Shown piece by piece: positions 7,593 to 14,591 of a stretch of 24,000 bases of DNA (the first letter of the stretch is position 1; the number at the start of each line of letters is the position of its first letter). A model generated the notes under the pieces. The model did no database searches. It was given only the letters and a program-made list of their open reading frames with translations, and was not told where the DNA came from. This stretch comes from Acidobacteriota bacterium (lineage in GTDB: Bacteria; Acidobacteriota; Vicinamibacteria; Vicinamibacterales; SCN-69-37), in the NCBI GenBank assembly GCA_050264575.1, contig JBLNGH010000339.1:875-24874 (forward strand). Direction: 5' to 3'. The position numbers were made by a program, and so were the translations under genes.

Positions 7593-8783
7593 ATGACCTC
7601 ACCCCTTCGCGACATTCGACGTCGCGAATTGGGCGGGCCGGACCCGCTCGATCGCCGTCTGGGGATTCCGCCGCAAACGCCGCTCACCTGGCTGCGGTCG
7701 CTCTTGTTCACGCGATCGGCGCTCGGGCTCGCGCCGTCGCTCACGCCCGCGGTGATCTTTCTGCCGGTCGGCGTGCTGCTCGGTCCTCATGCGCTGAACG
7801 TCCTCTCGCCGACCGTCCTCGGCCGGCTCGATCTCGCCGTGACCATTGCGCTCGCCGTGCTCGGCGTGCTCGTCGGCATTGCGCTCGGCCGCGAGATCCG
7901 GTCGGCGACGCGTCTGTTCATCGCCGCCAGCCTCGAGAGCCTCGTGACGATTGCCTTCGTCACCGGCGCGACGATCTACTTCGCGCGGGTGACCGGATTG
8001 CCGCTCGGCGCGCCGATCGCCGCGTTCGGACTCGCGCTCGGTCTCTGCGCGTCGGCATCGTCAGCCACGTCTGCCGATCCCGATTCGGAGCCGTCGGCCG
8101 AAGTCGCGACGCGCGTTGCCGATCTCGACGACGTCGTGCCGATTGTCGTCGCGACGATCGGGTTCGGTCTGCTGGCGCCTGTGCCGATCGAGGACACGCT
8201 CACCCTCGCGCTCGCGACCGTCCTGTCCGGGCTTGCGGTCGGCGCCATCGGCTGGCTGCTCTTCGAGCGTGCGGAGTCCGGCGCCGAGCGCGCGGTGTTT
8301 CTGCTTGGCGCGCTCGCGCTGGCGGGCGGCGCCGCGGCCATGCTTCGCGCCTCGCCGCTGGCTGTCGGGCTCATCGCCGGCCTGTGCTGGACGATCGCGC
8401 CGGGCCGCGCCGATCGGATCGTGCAGGACGACCTCGGCAAAGTGCAGCACCCGCTGGTGGTCCTGCTGCTCGTGACCGCCGGCGCCCTGTGGGCGCCGTC
8501 CGTGGTCAGCTTGTGGCTTCTGGCGCCGTATCTCCTCTTTCGTCTGGCGGGCAAAGTCGCCGGTGCCTGGGTCTCGTCGCGAATTGCCGATGTGAGCGCC
8601 GCCGATCTCGCGGCGTTCCTCGTGCCGCCCGGCGTTCTGGCCGTGGCGTTCGCGCTCAACTTCCGCCAACTCCTTCCGCCTGACGCCGGGGACACGCTGC
8701 TCTCGGCCGTCGTGATCGGCACCGCGGCGTTCGATCTGTTCGCGCTGGCCGTCGTGCCTCACTGGAGACGAAGGCCGACATAG
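7593..8783 (+). CDS. Polytopic membrane protein, cation/proton-antiporter-like (Na_H_exchanger-type)
   Basis: The ORF has about 11-12 hydrophobic spans. An N-terminal signature LPVGVLLGPHALNVL and a mid-protein block ADLDDVVPIVV recall CPA-family helices. It looks like a paralog of the N-terminal half of the next ORF. The start is uncertain. Confidence 0.6.
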   Translation: MTSPLRDIRRRELGGPDPLDRRLGIPPQTPLTWLRSLLFTRSALGLAPSLTPAVIFLPVGVLLGPHALNVLSPTVLGRLDLAVTIALAVLGVLVGIALGREIRSATRLFIAASLESLVTIAFVTGATIYFARVTGLPLGAPIAAFGLALGLCASASSATSADPDSEPSAEVATRVADLDDVVPIVVATIGFGLLAPVPIEDTLTLALATVLSGLAVGAIGWLLFERAESGAERAVFLLGALALAGGAAAMLRASPLAVGLIAGLCWTIAPGRADRIVQDDLGKVQHPLVVLLLVTAGALWAPSVVSLWLLAPYLLFRLAGKVAGAWVSSRIADVSAADLAAFLVPPGVLAVAFALNFRQLLPPDAGDTLLSAVVIGTAAFDLFALAVVPHWRRRPT

Positions 8784-8976
8784 CCCCATGCAGCGTGTTG
8801 CCGAGATCGCTGTCTCATTGTTTCCCGTCGGATGGCCCGCAGGCGCGCCAACGGCGCGCCTCGCCGGAGCGGAGCGGGGCGGAAGGGCCCCCGCGAGCGA
8901 ACGGCGAAAGGGGGTCCGGGGGACGAATGTCCCCCGGTTGAACAAGAGGCGGAGGCCAACCTAGCCCCATGCGGCG
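8769..8976 (+). repeat. 27-nt direct repeats (8769-8795 and 8950-8976, 23/27 identical), each carrying an ...RRRPT-TAG-CCCC-ATG stop/start junction, flanking a 154-nt spacer with two GC hairpins
   Basis: The repeats are CGAAGGCCGACATAGCCCCATGCAGCG and CGGAGGCCAACCTAGCCCCATGCGGCG. The hairpins are GGCGCGCC-aac-GGCGCGCC (8842-8860) and CCGGGGGAC-gaat-GTCCCCCGG (8916-8937). A 58-codon ORF (8788-8964) runs exactly from the first ATG to the second TAG. Confidence 0.6.
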
Positions 8977-11683
8977 GCTCAGTGCGCTTGCCATCACGAT
9001 CACGCTTGCCTGGTTCGTCCTCGTCCGGATGGGCGGTCAGAACGCGAGCGCGACCGCGCTCGGGCTGGGCGTGGCGCTCGTCTCGGCGTCGATCGTCGGG
9101 TGGCTCTTCGAGTTTCTCCGGCTCCCGCGCATTACCGGCTATCTGATCTTCGGCCTCGTCTGCGGTCCCGCAGTCGCCAACCTGATCACGGAACCAATGG
9201 CGCGCGACCTGCGCGTCGTCGGCGGCTTCGCGATCGGCATCATCGCCTTCATCGCCGGCTTGCAGGTGAACTTCGCCAGTCTCCGTTCACGGCTTCGAGC
9301 GATTGCGACGGTGACCGTCACGGCGGTGTCGCTCTCATGGGCGGGCGTGACGGCGGTGGTGTTCGTCCTGTGGCGCTGGCTGCCGTTCGGCGCCGAGCTG
9401 TCGGGCGCGGAACGAGCCGCCGCGTCGGCGCTCATCGCGACGCTCGTCATCGGCGTCTCGCCCATCCTGACCACGGCGGTGATCGCCGAAAGCCGTGCCC
9501 GCGGGCCGCTTTCGACGATGGCCACCGCGGTTGTCGTCTGCGCCGAGCTTCTCGTCATCGTCTTCTTTGCGATCGCGCTGCAGCTCTCGAGGACGGCATT
9601 CGGCACTCAGCCGGCGCAGGGCTTCGAGCTCGCGATCTCGACCGGCTGGGCGACGGCGGGATCGGTCGCGTTCGGCGGGCTGCTGGGATCGCTGTTCGCG
9701 CTGTATTTGCGTTTTGTCGGGCGCGAGGTCACGGTCGTGCTCCTCGCGCTGTTCGCGCTCTTTACGGGCCTTGGCGCGCGATGGCACTTCGAGCCGCTGC
9801 TCTCCGGGCTGGCGGCCGGGCTGGTCGTGCAGAACGTGATGGGGCAGGCGGGCGACGTGCTGCGCGACTCGATCGCGCGCGGCGCCATGCCCGTCTTCGT
9901 CCTGTTCTTTGCCGCCGTCGGCGCGTCGATGCAGGTCGATGCGGTCGCGACGCTCGGGATTACGGCGCTCGCGCTCTCGCTCGTGCGCGCCGTGCTGCTC
10001 CGCGCCGGCGCCAAGTTCGGCGTGCGGGCGGCCGGCGTCGAAGCGCCGGAGACCCATCTGCTCTGGCGGTCCTTTATATCCACGGCGGAGATCACGATCG
10101 GTCTGACCACGCTCGTCGTCACCGAGCATCCGGTCTGGTCGGGCCAGCTGCAGACACTCATGATCGCGATCGTGGCCATGAACGAGCTCGTCGGGCCGAT
10201 CGTCTTCCGGGCCACGCTGGCGCAGCTTCGCGAGATCGGCGGCGGTGGCGGCAGCCTCGTCGTCGTGTCCAATCGTGAGCCGTGGGTGCACGACTACGCG
10301 CCTGATGGATCCATCCGCGCGCGCCCGACGCCCGGCGGCGTCTCCGTCGCGCTCGATGCGCTGATGCGCGAACGCGGCGGCGTGTGGATCGCGCACGGCG
10401 CCGGCAGCGCGGATCGCGAAGTCGTCGACGAGCGAAGCTCGATTTACGTCCCGCCCGACTCGCCGTCCTACCGGCTGCGGCGGCTGTGGCTGTCACCCGA
10501 AGAGGAAGAGCGGTACTACGCGGGCTTCTCCAACAGCGCGTTGTGGCCGCTCTGTCACCAGGCGCACGTGCGTCCGGTGTTCAAAGCCGAGGATTGGGAA
10601 GCGTACAAGTCGGTGAACCGGTTGTTTGCGGAAGCGGTCGCGCTCGAAGCGCCGCCGGACTCGTCCGTGTTCCTGAACGACTACCACCTCTCGCTCGTCG
10701 CCAGGTACATGCGCGAGCGGCGGCCGCTCCTGCGCTCCGCGCTGTTCTGGCACATTCCGTGGCCGGACGCCGATCGTCTCAGAATCTGCCCGTGGCGCAA
10801 GGAGATCCTCGAAGGGCTCCTCAGCAACGATCTGCTCGCATTCCAGCTGCCGCGCGATCAACGCAACTTCCTCGTCTCGGTCGCCGACGAGCTGGGCGCC
10901 TCCGTCTCGGGCGAGACCGTGTACTTCGGCGATCGGCCGGTCCGCGTGCTGGCGATTCCGATCGGCGCCGATTTCGATCGCATTACCGAGATTCTGGCGG
11001 ACCCGGACCTGCCGAGCGAGATGCGCCGGCTCGCGCGCGACCTGAAGCTCGAGGACAAGGTCGTCGGTGTCGGCGTCGATCGGCTCGACTACACCAAGGG
11101 GATTCCCGAACGGATGGCCGCCATCGATCGCGTGCTCGCCGCGCGGCCGGACCTGGCCAAACGATTCGTGTTCGTCCAGATTGGCGTGCCGTCGCGCACC
11201 GATGTGCCGGCGTATGCCGACATCACCGCGGAAATCGACGAGCAGGTGGCGCGCATGAACGAGAAGTACGGCAACGGGCCCGACAATGGTCCCGTCCGCT
11301 ACGTGAAGCAGGCGTTTCAGCTGCCGGAGCTCGTCGCCGTGTACCGCCTCGCGCGGTTCTGCATCGTCTCGTCGCTCCACGACGGCATGAATCTCGTCGC
11401 GAAGGAGTTCGTCGCCGCGCGCGACGATCTCGACGGGATCCTGATTCTGAGCGAGCTGGCAGGCGCGGCGCAGGAGCTGTCCGAGGCGCTGATCATCAAC
11501 CCGTACGACGAGCGGGGATTCACTGACGCGGTGGCACGCGCGATCGACATGCCGGCCTGGGAGCGGCGGCGCCGGATGCAGGCGCTCCGGCGGCGCGTGG
11601 CCGGACGCGACGTGCTGGCCTGGGCGTCGGACATTCTCGATCGGCTCGAACGGCGGAAAGGTACGGGGTTTCTCGCTGGGTAG
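8969..11683 (+). CDS. otsA: Fusion protein: N-terminal cation/proton-antiporter-like polytopic membrane domain (about aa 1-415), GGGGG linker, and C-terminal trehalose-6-phosphate synthase (GT20, OtsA)
   Basis: This is a single 904-codon ORF. The N-terminal half is hydrophobic and carries ITGYLIFGLVCGPAVANLI. The C-terminal half has the OtsA blocks LVVVSNREP, GGVSVALDAL, YYAGFSNSALWPLCH, FLNDYHL, FWHIPWP, GVDRLDYTKGIPERM, VQIGVPSRTDV, SLHDGMNLVAKEFVAA and LSELAGAAQELSEALIINPYD. Confidence 0.85.
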   Translation: MRRLSALAITITLAWFVLVRMGGQNASATALGLGVALVSASIVGWLFEFLRLPRITGYLIFGLVCGPAVANLITEPMARDLRVVGGFAIGIIAFIAGLQVNFASLRSRLRAIATVTVTAVSLSWAGVTAVVFVLWRWLPFGAELSGAERAAASALIATLVIGVSPILTTAVIAESRARGPLSTMATAVVVCAELLVIVFFAIALQLSRTAFGTQPAQGFELAISTGWATAGSVAFGGLLGSLFALYLRFVGREVTVVLLALFALFTGLGARWHFEPLLSGLAAGLVVQNVMGQAGDVLRDSIARGAMPVFVLFFAAVGASMQVDAVATLGITALALSLVRAVLLRAGAKFGVRAAGVEAPETHLLWRSFISTAEITIGLTTLVVTEHPVWSGQLQTLMIAIVAMNELVGPIVFRATLAQLREIGGGGGSLVVVSNREPWVHDYAPDGSIRARPTPGGVSVALDALMRERGGVWIAHGAGSADREVVDERSSIYVPPDSPSYRLRRLWLSPEEEERYYAGFSNSALWPLCHQAHVRPVFKAEDWEAYKSVNRLFAEAVALEAPPDSSVFLNDYHLSLVARYMRERRPLLRSALFWHIPWPDADRLRICPWRKEILEGLLSNDLLAFQLPRDQRNFLVSVADELGASVSGETVYFGDRPVRVLAIPIGADFDRITEILADPDLPSEMRRLARDLKLEDKVVGVGVDRLDYTKGIPERMAAIDRVLAARPDLAKRFVFVQIGVPSRTDVPAYADITAEIDEQVARMNEKYGNGPDNGPVRYVKQAFQLPELVAVYRLARFCIVSSLHDGMNLVAKEFVAARDDLDGILILSELAGAAQELSEALIINPYDERGFTDAVARAIDMPAWERRRRMQALRRRVAGRDVLAWASDILDRLERRKGTGFLAG

Positions 11684-11738
11684 ACACGACACCTCTCGCG
11701 CTTCGCTGTACAACCCGTCGGACATCGTCGCGGCCGAC

Positions 11739-12521
11739 GTGCACGAGCGGTTGTCCGACCGCCACGTGCTGCTGCTCACCGACTACGACGGCACGCTCGC
11801 CGACATCGCGCCGACGCCGGCCGAAGCGACGCTCTCCGAATCGGTGCGCCTCGAGCTCGCCGCGCTGGCCGCTTTCGACGACGTCACCGTCGGCGTCGTC
11901 AGCGGGCGGCGCCTCGACGATGTGCTCGAGCGCGTCGGGCCCGCGGCCGAGTACGGCGCAGGCCTGCACGGGCTGGAAATGGTCGGCCCGGAATCGGCGT
12001 TCCATCACTATGCGCTCGACTCGGTCGAATCGGTGATCGCCCGCCTCGCGCGCGACGCAGCGCGTGTGCTGCAGTGGTGCCCGGGCGTGCTGCTGGAGAA
12101 CAAGAAATACGCGCTCACCTGTCACGTCCGGCTCGCGCCGCCGGACCTCGGCGATCGCGCGCTCGAAGAGTTCGAAGCGCTTGCCGAGCCGCAACTCGAA
12201 GCACGTACGCTGAAGCTGCTGACCGGCAAGCAGGCTCTCGAGCTCCTGCCTGCCGTCGACTGGCACAAGGGCCGCGCCGCCGAGTGGATCCGCGCGCGCG
12301 TCGCCCCGCGAGTCGATCGGCCGGTATCGATCGTGTACCTCGGCGACGATCGCACGGACGAGGATGCGTTCACGGCCCTCGGCGACGAAGACGTCGTCAT
12401 CGGCGTCGGCGACCGCCCGCACACGCACCTCATCGACTGGCGGCTCGCAGGTCCGCCATCGGTCGGACGATTCTTCGCGCGGCTCGCGGATTACAGGCGG
12501 GGCGCCGCCGAAGAGACCTAG
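11739..12521 (+). CDS. otsB: Trehalose-6-phosphate phosphatase (HAD superfamily, OtsB)
   Basis: HAD motif I is LLLTDYDGTL, motif II is GVVSGR, and motif IV is YLGDDRTDEDAF. The gene sits directly downstream of otsA. The start is a GTG. Confidence 0.85.
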   Translation: MHERLSDRHVLLLTDYDGTLADIAPTPAEATLSESVRLELAALAAFDDVTVGVVSGRRLDDVLERVGPAAEYGAGLHGLEMVGPESAFHHYALDSVESVIARLARDAARVLQWCPGVLLENKKYALTCHVRLAPPDLGDRALEEFEALAEPQLEARTLKLLTGKQALELLPAVDWHKGRAAEWIRARVAPRVDRPVSIVYLGDDRTDEDAFTALGDEDVVIGVGDRPHTHLIDWRLAGPPSVGRFFARLADYRRGAAEET

Positions 12522-12526
12522 GCGGC

Positions 12527-12570
12527 CCTGTAGGACCTGTAGGACCTGTAGGACCTGTAAGGACCTATAC
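12527..12570 (+). repeat. Tandem 9-nt repeat (CCTGTAGGA x3, then CCTGTAAGGA, then CCTATAC) filling the otsB/mqnD-like intergenic region and ending in a TATACT -10-like box
   Basis: Read directly: CCTGTAGGA CCTGTAGGA CCTGTAGGA CCTGTAAGGA CCTATACT. TATACT (12566-12571) lies 7 nt before the ATG at 12579, and there is no SD. Confidence 0.8.
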
Positions 12571-12578
12571 TCCTTTTC

Positions 12579-13412
12579 ATGCGCATTTCCGTCGCCCACA
12601 GTCCTGACTCCGACGACGCGTTCATGTTCTTTGGATTGGCGAGCGGGGCCGTGCGCGCCGACGGCCTCGAGTTCGATCAGATCCTGGCCGATATCGAGAC
12701 GCTCAATCAGGCGGCCTTCGAAGGACGGTACGACGTCAGCGCCGTGTCGTTCCACGCCTACGCGCACCTCGCGGACAAGTACGCGCTCCTGCCGCATGGC
12801 GCCAGCATGGGCGATCGCTACGGCCCGATTCTCGTCGCGAAGCGCCCGCTGGCGGAGGACGGGTCGCTCGCCGGGGTGCGTGTCGGCGTCCCCGGGCGAT
12901 TGACGTCGGCATTCCTGGCCTTGCAGCTGTACGATCCGTCCTTCGATTTCGAGGTCGTTCCGTTCGACCAGATCCAGCAGGCCGTCGTGGAGGATCGGGT
13001 CGATGCCGGACTGCTGATTCACGAGGGGCAGCTCACCTACGCGGCCGACGGGCTGAAGAAGATCGTCGATCTGGGCGAATGGTGGTTCGATCGGACGGGC
13101 GGTCTGCCGCTGCCGCTCGGCGGCAACGTGATCCGCCGGGACCTCGAGCCCGCCACGGCGCGGACGGTGTCGCGGATCCTGCACGACAGCATCGCCCATG
13201 CCCTCGAGCATCGGGCCCAGGCGGTCGAGTACGCGAAGCAATTCGGCCGTGGATTGGACTCCCGGGACACCGATCGGTTCGTCGGAATGTACGTCAATCA
13301 GCTCACCCTGGATTACGGCACCCGGGGCCGCGCCGCCCTCGACCGGTTCTTCGGCGAGGCGTACGAGCGGGGACTTATTCCTCGCAAGATCTCGGCAGAT
13401 TTCGTCAATTGA
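12579..13412 (+). CDS. mqnD: MqnA/MqnD family protein of the futalosine menaquinone pathway, most like 1,4-dihydroxy-6-naphthoate synthase (MqnD)
   Basis: The N-terminus is MRISVAHSPDSDDAFMFFGL..G.......F......DIETLNQAAFEGRYDVSAVSFHAY.....YALLPHGASMGDRYGPILV. It parallels the remembered MqnD pattern SPCPNDTF.F.AL ... DIE.LN ... DV.K.SFHA ... GaalG.g.GPl. The subfamily assignment is by eye. Confidence 0.65.
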   Translation: MRISVAHSPDSDDAFMFFGLASGAVRADGLEFDQILADIETLNQAAFEGRYDVSAVSFHAYAHLADKYALLPHGASMGDRYGPILVAKRPLAEDGSLAGVRVGVPGRLTSAFLALQLYDPSFDFEVVPFDQIQQAVVEDRVDAGLLIHEGQLTYAADGLKKIVDLGEWWFDRTGGLPLPLGGNVIRRDLEPATARTVSRILHDSIAHALEHRAQAVEYAKQFGRGLDSRDTDRFVGMYVNQLTLDYGTRGRAALDRFFGEAYERGLIPRKISADFVN

Positions 13413-13413
13413 C

Positions 13414-13454
13414 GCTGGAAAGCCGGAAAGCTCGAAAGCCGGAAAGCTGGAAGC
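13414..13454. repeat. Array of 8-nt GGAAAGCY units; left member of an inverted-repeat pair bracketing the first SH3 gene
   Basis: The sequence is GCTGGAAAGCCGGAAAGCTCGAAAGCCGGAAAGCTGGAAGC. Its first 27 nt are the exact reverse complement of 14496-14522. Confidence 0.85.
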
Positions 13455-13511
13455 GTGCGCGAGCGGGGGTGGGGTGGGGCCCCGCGAGCACTGAAAAGAA
13501 GAAGCAAGCCG

Positions 13512-14474
13512 ATGCGATTTCAATTGGTGAAGGTGGGTGTGTGTCTGGCGCTCGCGACTGCCATCGCTGCGCAGGAACCATCGGTCGTTCGAGTCACGGC
13601 AGCGCGGGCAACTCTTCGAGCTGAACCCTCCGAGACCGCTCCTGCCGTCGACGAAGTCATGGCCGGCGCGGTCTTCGAGCTGGCGCGGGTCGAAGGCGAC
13701 TGGTTTCGCGTCATCCTTCCCCCAGACCCTCGCCTGAAGGGTGCACGCGTCCACGCATACCTGTCGCGGAAGGCCGCCAGCCAGGTTGCCGGCACGGACG
13801 CCGCCAGTGCCCTGACTCTGTCCCGCGCGCCCCGCCGAAGCCCGCTCGCAACCAGCGTCAAGGTCGGCGTCGACGCCGGGGGCCCGACCACATGGTTGTC
13901 GGCACGGGCCGTCAACGCGTCTCTCGTCCCCGGCCGGCCGGAGTCGGTGCCCGCAGCCGCATCGATCGCTGTGTTCGACGGTCCACCAGGGGCAACGACA
14001 CCTGAGCCACCAGGGTCGGAGGTCATCGGGACCTGGGTCTGGGCGATCTCGCCGGGCGCGCCTTCGGTCACGATAACTGCCGGTCAGCCGAGCTTTTTCG
14101 TGGCCTATACCGAGTTGCCCGACCTGAATTCAGCCGATTTCGTGCCCTCGCTGATCAAAATCGTGCCCGGCAAGTCGGGATGGCGCTTGCTCTCGATCGC
14201 CGCCGGCCGGGCCGGCGCGCGATCGAATGACGAGGCGGACTGGGTCGTCCTTCGTCAACTGAAACAGGAGGTCGTACCGACCAGCCTCGACGGCAGCGGT
14301 CCCGGACTGGTGCAGGTGCGCCCGCGCGTCGCCTTGAGTCCCGGTGAGTACGCGATCGTTCTTCGGCCGGCGTACGCGCGCGGCTATTCCGGCCGCGAGA
14401 TTCTGAACGACGCCGGCGCCGGGTCCGTTTTCAGCGTCGCGTGGACCTTCACCATCAAGCCCGCGCGTTTCTAA
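13512..14474 (+). CDS. Secreted protein: signal peptide, bacterial SH3 domain, low-complexity linker, and an uncharacterised C-terminal domain (paralog 1)
   Basis: The start is moved to the internal ATG at 13512, giving the signal peptide MRFQLVKVGVCLALATAIAAQEP. The SH3_3-like block is VVRVTAARATLRAEPSETAPAVDEVMAGAVFELARVEGDWFRVILP. The C-terminal domain aligns with the next ORF (PSFFVAY, LSPGEYAIVLRP, VAWTFTIK). Confidence 0.7.
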   Translation: MRFQLVKVGVCLALATAIAAQEPSVVRVTAARATLRAEPSETAPAVDEVMAGAVFELARVEGDWFRVILPPDPRLKGARVHAYLSRKAASQVAGTDAASALTLSRAPRRSPLATSVKVGVDAGGPTTWLSARAVNASLVPGRPESVPAAASIAVFDGPPGATTPEPPGSEVIGTWVWAISPGAPSVTITAGQPSFFVAYTELPDLNSADFVPSLIKIVPGKSGWRLLSIAAGRAGARSNDEADWVVLRQLKQEVVPTSLDGSGPGLVQVRPRVALSPGEYAIVLRPAYARGYSGREILNDAGAGSVFSVAWTFTIKPARF

Positions 14475-14481
14475 TCGCGCT

Positions 14482-14522
14482 CTTCCAAGCCTTTTGGCTT
14501 TCGAGCTTTCCGGCTTTCCAGC
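14482..14522. repeat. Right, inverted member of the GGAAAGCY array pair
   Basis: The reverse complement of 14482-14522 is GCTGGAAAGCCGGAAAGCTCGAAAGCCAAAAGGCTTGGAAG. It has 27 exact nt plus a degenerate 14-nt extension relative to 13414-13454. A T6 run follows. Confidence 0.85.
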
Positions 14523-14591
14523 TTTTTTGGCTCCCATCGAAATCTGTAATTCACATCTATATCTGTAAGAAGTCGTACCGATAAGAGAGCC

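Noticed and set aside
13461-13490. G-quadruplex in GCGAGCGGGGGTGGGGTGGGGCCCCGCGAGC
   Set aside because: Only three G-runs are present on one strand. I noted it as a direct repeat of GCGAGC flanking G-runs, but there is no supportable function.
11520-13754. 744-aa minus-strand ORF spanning otsA 3' end, otsB and the mqnD-like gene
   Set aside because: It is antisense to three plus-strand genes with clear HAD, GT20 and MqnD motifs. Its composition is Arg-rich and low-complexity, and it reads straight through the tandem-repeat intergenic region.
13414-14522. Invertible (phase-variable) gene segment
   Set aside because: Inverted repeats flank the gene, but no recombinase or invertase is encoded in the window. 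The repeats are low-complexity tandem octamers. I kept this only as one hypothesis in the findings, not as a mobile or invertible element feature.
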